Source: Podarcis melisellensis
Lineage: Eukaryota
Length of the DNA: 64,000 bases
NCBI GenBank assembly: GCA_964234715.1
Contig: OZ174286.1
Direction: 5' to 3' (one strand)
The notes beneath the pieces were generated by a model. That model saw only the letters and a list, made by a program, of their open reading frames with translations. It ran no database searches and was not told the DNA's origin. The translations under genes were made by a program, and so were the position numbers. How positions within the stretch are numbered: the first letter of the stretch is position 1; each line of letters starts with the position of its first letter. Shown one piece after another: positions 47,202 through 58,603 of this stretch.

Positions 47202-48712
47202 CATTTGGAGAAATAAAAACATGAGAATTATGTGTCCTGCTGTGAGAGCACTTCATCAGTTTGCAAGTTGCAGACTCTCTGCAGGTATGACTCAATGCAA
47301 CAAGGAGCTAACTGCACACTGGAAAAGCGAATCTACCTGAAGACATTTATTGTAAGGCTTTGACCTTGTTGCTTTTTGTTGCACTGAACCTTAACTGTTT
47401 TCTTCCAATTTCATGGAACTTTTAAAGTATTTTTGCATATTAGAGTTGTCAGTTTGGGCCATTTGTTTGACTTCTGCTGCTGAACTAGTAGCCTTTTAAC
47501 ATACCAGAGTGCTAATGAACAGACTGTCTGTCCCTGCCTGTTCCAGATCCATTACTTGTTTGAAGAAAGCAAGCCAAATTGCAGTATCTGCCAATTGCAA
47601 GTTGTTACTGTTTAGCTAAACACCAGTGGTTTTTTTAAAAAGAGGTACCAGTTTTTCCCCCAATAAAGGACCAGGTTTTAAACTTTTTACTCCCACCCCC
47701 AGTTAACTTTAATGGATGTTTTGCTAAAGCAAGAAGTCTCAAGTAATGACAAATGGTGGCTAATGCTCAATTGGATTTTTTTTTTAAGGTTGCTGGAAAA
47801 AAACAGATCAGTTCAAAGATGATAAATCTTACCAGACGAGAGGGCAACTCATGTTCTGGTAATATTTGAATTAACCCAAGTGCCTGTTGCTTACCTCTAT
47901 TGGGTTGGAATTGCTTTGTATAGCTGGGCATGCACTAAACAAGTCTTTGTGAAAGCCGTCAGTGTGCTCAACCTTGCACCAGCAGCCGTACCCCATTGAT
48001 CTGCCTTTATGAGAAGGGTTTGTCACTGTAGATAGCTCAGGCAAATTGTTACCTGGGTTGCTTTCCACTAATAAGTTACCAAAAAAAAGAAAGGGGGGGG
48101 GGAGAAGGAATTTCACATTTCTGAGGAAATGGTGTAAACGGGTGGAATTTTTTTTTTAAAAAAATATTTTCACTTTGAATAGTTGATTTTCATGGTATGA
48201 CTATGCAGTATAGCAGAACATAGATTGAGGTTGGGATTTAATGGCCACTAATCTGAATTTGTGTGAATTATTAGTGGAAAATACTCAAGTATACTTTAGA
48301 CCTACACTGTGTACTTAATTGGATGAACCTATTGTTTCTGCAATATCGTTTGGTTAAACATTGCACAGTTCTTACCTCATTTCTGTAAATAAGGTTTTGT
48401 GACAGTTTTTTGTATTGTGGAAAATTCATAAGGTGGATATTTTGATTTGTAATATTTCTAATTGGTAGATTTAATTGAAAATGAAAGAATAATTTATTTT
48501 TATATGTTCATGGGAATTTTTTTAAAAAGTCACAAATCACTTTTGTAGATAATTTACTAAAGTAAATCAGTGTGGTTTAATTTGCTTAAACCACTCGTTA
48601 ATATTCTGTAACAATTTGTACAAATTGTTGCTGTTTTGCTAGATGTAAAATTGCAAGTTTATATAAAGATATGTACAAAGCTTTGGTTAATAAATTTTAA
48701 TATTGTTTATGG
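47202..48712 (+). other. MLLT10: MLLT10 3'UTR (about 1.5 kb, AU-rich; 3' end approximate)
   Basis: Follows the stop codon; no recognisable transposons; AATAAA at 48689-48694, with proximal ones at 47212 and 47662. Confidence 0.7.
48689..48694 (+). terminator. Probable distal poly(A) signal of MLLT10
   Basis: AATAAA with upstream TGTA elements and U-rich context. Confidence 0.65.
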
Positions 48713-49192
48713 TTGTAAACATAACCCAACTTATTTCTTCCAACTGCAGTTTTTTTATGATGTGCTTATCATTGGATTGTATTACACACATCGTTGTGTG
48801 TGAATGAGAAGTCATGTTTTAAAGACGGCATCTGAAGTTCCAGCTTCGCTTGATTTGCTGTATCTGGTAGGAGCCCATGCAGCACACTCTAAAAATGGCA
48901 ATATTAACTAAATGTTCTATTAACCCCCCAACCTGGCACCCTCTAGATATTACTGGACCCCAGCACTCGCCAAACTTAACTATTGTGACTTGAAGTCCCA
49001 CAACAGTTTGAGGGCGCCATGTTGATCATCCCTCCCTGTAGAGATTTTGGACTACAGATTTTTAGGGTGTTTTTAGGCCATGTTTTACTAATAGGTTTAA
49101 GTACTCGTTCTTTCATACTTACTTTTCTTGGCAAAAAAAATTCTACTGATCTTATAAGCACAAGTTTTAAAGGAATGCATAAAATGTATTGA

Positions 49193-49198
49193 TTTATT
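49193..49198 (-). terminator. Probable poly(A) signal of DNAJC1
   Basis: TTTATT on + (AATAAA on -), about 115 nt downstream of the DNAJC1 stop. Confidence 0.65.
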
Positions 49199-49311
49199 TT
49201 TTACTAAGGCACATGACATACTGAAATACTGAGGTACAAAAATACAAGTTACTGCATATGTTGTTTAAAATATCTCCATTTTCAGTAAGCAAAGTTCTTG
49301 AGAATGTTCAT

Positions 49312-49380
49312 TCAGCTCTTTGCCATTTTTTTCTTTTGTATGAGTTCAACCAGCAACTTGTATCGAGTCACGCATTCTTC
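49312..49380 (-). CDS. DNAJC1: DNAJC1 last coding exon EECVTRYKLLVELIQKKKMAKS*
   Basis: ctgcag acceptor on -; TGA at 49314-49312; completes SANT2 helix 3. Confidence 0.95.
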   Translation of the reverse strand, partial: EECVTRYKLLVELIQKKKMAKS

Positions 49381-49940
49381 CTGCAGGCAGAGAAGCAGAA
49401 TTGAGATTAAAGGATATTTCACTTTTGTTAAATGAAAACGTATGCTAGCAATTTAAAGGGGCATTTTATGGAAAACTGACAATGGGGAAAATATCCTAAA
49501 TAGTTCATGCTATGGAATTTCTCACTGTAAATGTGTCCATAGTGAGACAATTCCATGGGGAAAATGCATGAACAAGTTGCCATACAGAGTCCTAGGTCCT
49601 TGCAGAGATTTCAAGTCGACTTTTCACAGCTACCGACTCACTGCTTGTACCAACCAACACATTCACACCAATTGTTTTTGCTGCCTTTCTGTGAGCTGTC
49701 AAAGAAACTATGCAAAAAGTTCTATTTCTATCTAAAAGAAACAACCTTGCTCACATTCATGTGGCATTTTGCATTACCCTAATAAAATAAAATTCACGTT
49801 AGTGAATTTTGAAATGTTTCTAATGGACCAACAGGACTTCGTAAAAGCAGCAACTGTTTGGAAAAACAATAAAAGTGACGAATTCCTAATAAAAAGCAAA
49901 ATGCCAGAAACTAATATTGGGCCTCACTATGTTAACTTCA

Positions 49941-50253
49941 GGGAAGCCGATGGCGCTGTGGCTTAAACCACAGAGCCTAGGACTTGCCGATCAGAAGGTT
50001 GGCAGTTCGAATCCCCGCGACAGGCTCGGTCCCTGCTCCTGCCCACCTAGCAGTTCGAAAGCACGTCAAAGTGCAAGTAGATAAATAGGTACCGCTCCAG
50101 CGGAAAGGTAAATGGTGCTTCCCCCTGGTTTGCCAGAAGCGGCTTAGTCATGCTGGCCACATGACCTGGAAGCTGTCTGCGGACAAACGCCAGCTCCCTC
50201 GGCCGACAGAGCCAGATGAGCGCCACAACCCCAGAGTCGTCCGCGAATGGACC
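49941..50253 (+). mobile_element. Sauria SINE with internal deletions and no tail; 8-bp flanking repeat TAACTTCA
   Basis: Same core as the 2766 copy; TAACTTCA at 49933-49940 and 50254-50261. Confidence 0.92.
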
Positions 50254-50529
50254 TAACTTCACTGTTTTACCAGTTTAGAAGCAATGCTATACAGAACCAG
50301 CCGAAACCTCCAAAAGCCCTGCCTTGAAAGGAGCTGCATGTTAGCAACTACAGCATTTAGCCATATGCCACACCTCATTCTCATCAACATTTGCTGAAAA
50401 CTGAAGTGCATTCCCTCCCCCAGGTTGAACTTTTGGAGGAATCAAGGAGGCGGCTTCAGCTTTTAGCTAGTGTACCACACCACACCCAACGGCAGAGTGC
50501 TTTAACCCTACACAAGAGCATGACCTCAC

Positions 50530-51017
50530 CTTAGTTTTCCCTGGAACACATTTGGCAATCTTATCCCAGCGTTCTGCGGTTCCCTTTGGATACTGCTGTA
50601 AAGCCAGCTCCAAAAGCTTCTGTTGATTCTGAGTCCACAAGTCTTCAGAACTGCGGCATCTCTCTCTTTTTCTGGCCTCCTCGTCGCTATATTCCTCTTG
50701 ATCTGCAGTGTCAAAGTCCTTCTGGCGCTTCCCCCTACATTTGTCCTCTGCTGCCTCTTTCATCACTGGGAGTGTCACTTCAGGGCCCTTTAGTATTGTT
50801 TTCCTCCTGCGGTGTCTGGCTTCAGTCAACGCAGTCTCTTGTTGATCTGCTGTTGCCATATCTATTGGTTCTGGGTCACAACTGTACTTTGACACGTCCT
50901 CCTCCAGGTCTTCCTCTTTTTCCCGCTGAGTGATTATGTGATCTGACAAGTTAACACTGGCCTTGTTGGATTTGGAGTTTTGGGCCAACATTTTCAGCTC
51001 TGACAGCCTAACAATAC
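50530..51017 (-). CDS. DNAJC1: DNAJC1 488-nt exon: charged linker plus most of SANT2 ([36 protein letters not shown])
   Basis: ccaacag acceptor, AAG|gtgagg donor; lies within ORF 50467..51045. Confidence 0.96.
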
Positions 51018-52007
51018 CTGTTGGAAACAGCATCATTTTCAGCATGATTTAAGCCAGGGCAGGGGAAACTGATCCTATAGTATTCTTATTCTGCAACTGT
51101 TACCCCCCAGTAAGTAATTGTTGAGTCAACCCTTGAAAAAAATCTGATACATCTACTCAAAAATCAAGAGTTCATAAAAATAATGAATTTGGGCTTCTGT
51201 TTTTACTTCCTCCTTTGTTTCCATGGTAGGCACACCTGAATTAAGCAATCCAGAAATAGCATCAATTAGGTATGATGCTAAAACATCTGGCACTGTTTTC
51301 TGGTTCCTTTGTTAACATGCACCTGCTACTGCACAATTTCCACTGGTTTGAAATGAATGAACTGCATTGCCCCTACTGCTAACGGTACCCTTAGTTATTC
51401 TGTGTCCTTTGCACTGCTGACCACTGAAGGGTAGAGCCTCATATTATCCACTTAATACGGTCAAATATACAAGTCCCTTTCTGCCTGGATCATTTTATAG
51501 AAGAGGCAGCCAGTACAGTTAAGTTTCTTGTGAGTTTCTCAAAGCTGTGGATGAAGGAGTGCGAGGTTTCATTCTGCAGATATATCACTCTAACATTATG
51601 GCTTGAGTTGAACACTCAACTCCCAGGTCATTGCAGGGATAAGGGATGGGAAGAGAATGCATTGCCATTTCCCAATACCATGAGTCTGGTGGGGCAAGCT
51701 GAGACCCTGCATGGCAGCAATGTTATAGCTGGAACAGGAGTTCCTATTCTCTAAAAAAAGTTTGGCCAGCGAGATCTAACCCAGGAACTGGCCAAAATAG
51801 GGGTGGGCAGAATGCGGGCAGTGAGGAAAGAGCGAATTTGTGGAGGTTCACCTAGTTGCTGCTGGTTGCTGGAAAGAATACTGAACTACTATCTGATTCA
51901 GTAAGGCACTAATGTTTTTAAACTTGAATGTACTCCAATCTCACTTAACACAGATTAATTATGCTCTAAGCATCAAGAAACAAATAACAGAAGCACTAGA
52001 AACTTAC

Positions 52008-52056
52008 CAGGAGCACACGTAACTGAATCTTTAATCTGTTTGGTTTTCATGGTGAC
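52008..52056 (-). CDS. DNAJC1: DNAJC1 49-nt exon VTMKTKQIKDSVTCAP(G)
   Basis: cctaaacag acceptor, CTG|gtaagt donor; phases fit both neighbours. Confidence 0.95.
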
Positions 52057-54848
52057 CTGTTTAGGAAGAAAGAGAAAGTATTTAATTTATAGATATGTTT
52101 TGTAAGACGGCTTAAAAGAAGACATCAAAGAAAACTGATCAAGACAAAGAATCCTGTGAATACCAATAACCAGAACTATTGATGGAGACCAGCTGCACAT
52201 TTCCATCCCTATTCAGCTATTCTAAAAGCCCAATGTGCATGATATGTAATTACAATAAATATTTTATTAAATAAACATGGACTCTGATGTATGTCTTGCA
52301 AGCAAAACTGTGAACAATCCTCCCAGATGAGAAGCAGGGTGGGGCAGGATTGTGGACATTCCTGAGCTGCTTAAAAGGAAGGATGGGGTATAAGTGTAAC
52401 AAGTCAGTCAACAAACAACCACAACACACTGGCTCTCTCTATAGGCCAAAGTAAGAGTCCAACTCCAGTAAGAAAGGAAAAAGAGGAAGATTTCTTATTT
52501 CACCCATATGACGCTCATAACCCTGCTCTTAAAAAAGGGGACAGCATCATTATTTGCATGAAATGGTACACCGTTTTAAAAAATACATGTTAATCAGTGT
52601 TCTTTAAGATAAACTCTTATTTAAATAGAAAACAACAGAAAACCTAAGACCAGCAATCAGTTTCTCTTCATGGATCACTTCCCTAGACAATCTCTCCCTC
52701 AAATAATACTAATCTAACTATGTTTAGCACAGATCTGGAGCCCTTTACACCTCATGGTAACAGAAGTTAAAAGGTAGTGTGTTTCTACTCATGAGCTCAA
52801 ATTTAGACAGCCCAGTGGCAGTTAATCATTTCCCTATCTTCTCTTTGACATATGGGATGTTTTTATAACTGCACCCCCTTTACCTCACACTGCCAAGCAC
52901 CACACTAATTAGAAAAGTGTGCTCCTATCTACCCACCTGCCCATTGTTGTTTTGCTGCCTACCTGGGCCTTTTCCATGCAGGCAGCAAATCCCCCATCAA
53001 TCTGCTATTGCAACCTAAATATAAGAGATTAGTGACTGCATAGGCAAAGCAGCATCAGTTTACATCCTCTTAGCCAAGCAAATGATATTATTTCATGTGA
53101 ATGGAACCGGAGAGCTCTTTGCTGCCAGTTGAAAAACTCACAGTGAAATAACCACATGAAAATAAACAACTAGGAGTCTGCTTTGCACACACACCAGATT
53201 GTTTTCACAATTTTTAGCGTCCTTTTAAAAACTTTAAAATAAAAAATAATGACCGTGGTCCCAAGGCACCTTTCACAAGTGCCTTAGAAGTTTTTGGTGG
53301 TAGCTGCTGCCTGTTATAAAGATCCCTGAGAGACCCTGGTTCCATACAAATGCCAGGCGTTTTCTGCTCCTGTATTAGATTTGAGCACAATTTTCAGACT
53401 CTGGTAAGTCGCGTTGAGAGGGCTCTCAGTGGGATAACAGTAGCCCAATAAATACATATTCAGATGCATGTTTCCAATTCAGGAGTGCTTATTTCTGACT
53501 GCATAGGTTCAACCTGTAACAATGCATAAGCTTTAACAGAAGCTCCACGTTCCGTATCCACTACACCACACTGCCTTTGGTCATCCAGATGTGGATGGAC
53601 TCCAACTCCCATCAGCCCCAGTCAGTATAGCCAGTTGTCAATGAGCTCATCTTGCTGGGGAAGCCTGAAACAAGTGAGCCATTCGTTAACCAAACCAGGG
53701 AGAGCTCAGCCATTGAAGGGGGGAGTGTGTTTAGGAGGGGTGGGGGAAGAATGTTCAATTATTTCTTCAAGTAGTAAGAGGGCAAGAATGAGCGCCAAAA
53801 ATCCAACAAGGGGGAAACGGGTCAAAGAACAGATGTGTGGAGGCAGACGTGGGGTGCTGGTACAGGTAACCGGGGTCAGCTGGCAGGAACTCTGATTAAA
53901 GAGAACTGGAAGGCTTCCCTTTCATAATCAAAACGCTTGACAAAAACAAATCTAATTAATACCACAAGCCCAAACCAGGAAAGTAATTTAATAAATGCTG
54001 CATTATCTTTCCACTTACAAATAAAAATGTGATCCCATTATACTGATTGGTTTGAGAGGATTTTTGTTTTTGGTCTGGACTTTGTTTTGAAAGGAGAGGT
54101 GAAGCGGCTTAGACGTTACACAGTTGCTTCAAATGTTTAGATTTTGGAGACTATTTCTCACAATCAAGCTGACATGGTAAGTTGTGAGTTGAGGAGATCT
54201 AGGCTGACGGGGGACGGGGGGGTTTCGAATAAAGTGGTTACCTGACTTATTTCACACCAAGGCACTGTAAAACTACTAAAACTAATCATCTTATTAAGAT
54301 TGGGCAGGATACTTTTTTAAAAAATACATACAAATTGAGAGAAGGTTCGGGAAAACAAAAAGGGAAAGAAAACACCTCACATGACCGAACAAGGAGAACA
54401 GGCTCCAGTGCCACTGATGAAAAATTGTTTTGGAGTAAAATACTACTTCAGAAGCTAGAGAAGCTAATTACTTACTTCTTAAAATCCGAATACACCTCAT
54501 TTTAAAAATTTAACCAGCTTGGAAAAAGTAGTAGTGCAAATAAATTTGCTCCCCATGCTGAACTTGTACACTGAATCAGGAAAGGTTCAGGAAAGAAGGA
54601 AGGGGTACACAATGCATAGTTCAGTTACGTATTTCACTACAGAAGTGATATCGGGGGGCGGGGGCGGGCACTGTAGCCAACATATTCCCTAATATTCTAT
54701 TTTTCTATATGTACTACTAGTAGTAACCATTTTATTTGTTTATCTATAAGCTATAAACAAACAAACAACAAATCTGGCTCTCAATTTCCTGGCAGCTAAC
54801 ACAAATAGAGAACACAAGACAACATAATTTTCCTCATCCCAACAGTAA

Positions 54849-55203
54849 GGTAAAGGTAAAGGGACCCCTGACCATGAGGTCCAGTCGTGACCGACTCTGG
54901 GGTTGCGGCGCTCATCTCGCTTTATTGGCCGAGGGAGCCGGTGTACAGCTTCCGGGTCATGTGGCCAGCATAACTAAGCCGCTTCTGGCAAACCAGAGCA
55001 GCGCACAGAAACGCCGTTTACCTTCCCGCCGGAGCGGTACCTATTTATCTACTTGCACTTTGATGTGCTTTCAAACTGCTAGGTGGGCAGGAGCAGGGAC
55101 CGAGCAACGGGAGCTCACCCCGTCACGGGGATTCGAACCGCCGACCTTCTGATCAGCAAGTCCTAGGCTCTGTGGTTTAACCCACAGCGGCACCCCTGTC
55201 CCT
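54849..55203 (-). mobile_element. Full-length Sauria SINE with a 13-bp TSD
   Basis: ATCCCAACAGTAA at 54836-54848 and 55204-55216; (ACCTTT)n tail on -. Confidence 0.95.
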
Positions 55204-55334
55204 ATCCCAACAGTAAAAAGCACACAAACTCACTTCATGTTAACGACCTTTTTTCCTGCAGCCAAACTCAAGACTGTCATTGTTCATAAAGACCTTTATA
55301 TAAATAACACTATATAGTGAACATCCTCTTTAAC

Positions 55335-55474
55335 CAGGGCTTTTTTCCCCCAGGGGGAACTCACTGGAACTCAGTTCTGGCACCTCTAAGGTGGGCACCA
55401 TTGCCATTATAAGAGAATAAGGGAGGTGTTCATGGAGAATTCGGGCACCTCTCTTTTCTAGAAAAACAGCACTG
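55335..55474. mobile_element. hAT-type MITE, 140 bp
   Basis: Imperfect TIR CAGGGCTTTTTT / AAAAACAGCACTG; 8-bp TSD TCTTTAAC / TCTATAAC. Confidence 0.82.
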
Positions 55475-56402
55475 TCTATAACCATTTTGCAGTACAGTGT
55501 GCAGTAAGATTTTTTTCCAATGGTGGACTGTTTAGCCACAAGACTCATCTACCCCCCCCAAAAAAAAACTCCACCCATAGTCCAGAAAAGTTTTATTGTG
55601 TGACCTGCTGTCTGTAAATAGAGCCTAAGATGGTGGACAGTGAGAAAAGGCCGTAGCTCAGCGACACAGATGGATCAGTAGTCTGGCTCAGTGTGTGTGT
55701 GGGTGGGTGGGTGTGCACGCACACACACATACATGCGTATGTATATGTGTATGTATATGTGTATGTACACACACACACAATTTTTTTAAAAAATGTTAAA
55801 ACCATTAGAACATAAGCTTTTGTTGTCATGGCCAAATGGACAAAGGATAGCCATGACAGCTGAATGAGCTTCTTTACTTCCTCAGAGATCCTTACTTGGA
55901 GCTGTTGCCTGGCAACTGCCAACTTCCAGCAGTAGAAAACTGCTTCTATCATGGACTGAGTAACTTTCGGTGGCTGACCTCCATTTCAGTTCCTTACAAA
56001 GTTTTGGTGGTTATGACATCAGAAAAGGCTACCAGAGAGACCCTGGTTCCATGCAGGCACCTGCATTTTTTGTTCCTGTACTAGATCTGGGCGCAATTTT
56101 CAGACTCTTTGCTAAGCCACGTTGAGAGGGCTCTCGGGGCTATAAAGTGCGATAACAGTAGCCCAATAAATATATATTCAAGTGCACAATATCACCAATT
56201 ACCAGCCACTGGAGAGGGATCCTTACCACCATTGTGTGCTGCCTGGGAGCTTCCTAAAGTCATCTGGCTGGGCACTGTTTGGGGAGATGACTAAATTCAA
56301 TGGACTTTGGTTGTGCTCCAGTAAGGCAATTCTTAGATTATTATAGCTGACTTAACATAAGCCAGGTGAAAAAAAGGAGGGTTGTTTTTTTAAACTGGGG
56401 GG

Positions 56403-56747
56403 AAGGGCTAAAGCCCAGTGATAGAGCAAGGCATCTCCAGGGAGGCCTGAGACACCCTGCCCGAAATCCTGGACAGCTGCTGTTTATCAGTGTCATAGAT
56501 TTCATAGAAATCATAGAGTTGGAAGGGTCATTTAGTCCAACCCTCTGCAATGCAGGAATCCTCCCCACAGCCAACACTGGGTCAGCTCAAACCACCCACA
56601 TTTTGGTTAGCAGACGCACTGACGCAGTGTGCCACAAGGCTTCAATACTGAACAAAACAATAATATAAAAATAATAATTAATAGTAATAACAACACTGAA
56701 CTAGATAGACAAGTGGACTCGTTATAAGGCAGCTTCCTGTGTTCCTT
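56403..56747 (+). mobile_element. Squam3-like SINE interrupted by an inverted CR1-tailed SINE (about 56494-56641)
   Basis: The halves ...cagtgt | acaacactgaactagat...tataaggcagcttcctgtgttcct flank an inverted ttccaactctatgatt tail. Confidence 0.55.
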
Positions 56748-57380
56748 CAAAATACCCTCGGTCTTTATCATCCCTAGAAAGACAAAGTGAACTCTGACTA
56801 CACAGTCACAAGTCTGCCACAAGGCTAGCAACTACAGTGGTCTGGACACATTTGACAGCTGCTCCTTGAAAATTTGGGTTGTATCTTAGGTTGTCTGCAA
56901 CCTTCCTGTTAGGCAGACAGTTCACCCTGCCTATTGTATACCCAACTACCCATGTTCTTAATGTTCAAACCACCAACTCTCAGGATCAGTACTAGTTTTT
57001 TCATCCTCAACCCCTGAGGAGACACACTTCCTTAAAGAACTTGTTGCCTAGTGAGACACTGTCCCTAGTGGGACAGTGATCAATGCTACACAAAGTGGTT
57101 ATGGAGGTCAGCTTCTTCTCCCAGCAATGGGATAATGTTCTTAATGCCCAGATGTGACAACAGCCAAGCACCACTGATGAGGTTCAACTAATTTTCATGC
57201 TCTTTCCCTAATGCCTCTGAACTGAAGAGAATTCAATTTCTTCTCTCCCAAAACAGTACTCAAGAACTACAACTCCTTAAGTCCATTTTAAAAAGAAACA
57301 ACAGTGGATGTTTTGCCTCACAAAGTGCTAAATTTGTCATTTTACACATCACCGTATTCTGTGTTAGGATGTAGGTCCAT

Positions 57381-57382
<2 letters not shown>

Positions 57383-57466
<84 letters not shown>
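57383..57466 (+). repeat. Compound (GT)n(GA)n microsatellite
   Basis: Direct reading. Confidence 0.95.
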
Positions 57467-57469
<3 letters not shown>

Positions 57470-57904
57470 CCCAAGCTTAATTAATGGATACCACCTGTCT
57501 AAACACTATTAGCTGATCTGCATTTAGGGTTTTTTTTTGAAAGGGGGGGGTTTGGCCCAACCAGAAATATTATCTTTACTTAAGTCTCACAAATGTCCTC
57601 TTCCAGCAAAGAGGGTTTACTAGAAAGCCTAAAACTGGCATTGTTTTTTTGTTATCGGGTTACAGTAGCTTGAGTCTCTAAGCGCCAGAATCCCCATATA
57701 GCTGATCAGTTACAGCTGTTAATTGTGGAGCAGGGGGACCAGCTGACATCTGCTTCTTGCTTAGTTAGTTAATGGTTCACTTCCAGGTCCTAAAAGGATT
57801 GCAGCCTCTCTCAAAAGACAATGTTGGACCCCATCTATGTCTGGCTTCTACACTGCCTGTCTTGTTCTGGTTTGTCCATACAATGCAAATTCGAGTGAAC
57901 TCAC

Positions 57905-58024
57905 ATCTGCCACTGATCGACCCAATTCGTGAGCAATCTTTTCCCATCGACCAGGCGTCCCCCCTGGGAACTTAACCATACTTCTTGTCAGTTGGCTAAG
58001 GTCCTCTTCCGTCCATTCCGGTGC
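57905..58024 (-). CDS. DNAJC1: DNAJC1 120-nt exon, SANT1 (APEWTEEDLSQLTRSMVKFPGGTPGRWEKIAHELGRSVAD)
   Basis: ttttacag acceptor, GAT|gtgagt donor; Myb/SANT tryptophan pattern. Confidence 0.97.
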
Positions 58025-58487
58025 CTGTAAAACATTTGAAGAACATTCATTACACAAGGAGGGTTTGTCTGTGGCAGGAGGGGGTAGAGACACTGAGCAC
58101 AAGACTAAAGCAAAGTAATCATGCAAAGGGTGTTCATTGCAAATACAATTATTTTATAGCTTGCTTAATACTTCCTACTCTTGCTTGTTGAATAGAGGAA
58201 CACATATACCTAGCAGGTCTAGTTTATTTATAATGATTTGGACACAAATGCGTGCGGGCGCACACTAATTCTACAAATGCAACATAGTGTCAGATGCTTT
58301 AAGGTATTAACATGACAAAATTGTGCATAAAATCCATCTCCCCAGGGAAGTGAATTTAGGAAAGACCCTGGATTTGTGGTTACGTGTATCACACAATCCA
58401 ATACACTACCACACTGTTGCATTTTTAATGGTGTAACAAATTTGCCTAGATTTTTCTCCGACAAGGAAAGGATTTGTGGAGGTGGTC

Positions 58488-58603
58488 ACAGAATTGTAGA
58501 GTTGGAAGGGACCCCAAGGGTCATCTAGTCCAACCCTTCACAATGCAGAAATCTCAGCTAAAGCATGCATGAAGATGGCCATCCAAGGTCTGCTTAAACC
58601 TCT
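58488..58603 (-). mobile_element. CR1 3'-end fragment
   Basis: agagttggaagggaccccaagggtcatctagtccaaccc. Confidence 0.7.

Larger units (their letters stand above)
53282..56180 (+). repeat. Diverged direct repeat pair of about 180 bp (53282-53462 and 55992-56180)
   Basis: Shared blocks gagagaccctggttccat, caattttcagactct, cgttgagagggctctc, gataacagtagcccaataaata. Confidence 0.85.
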
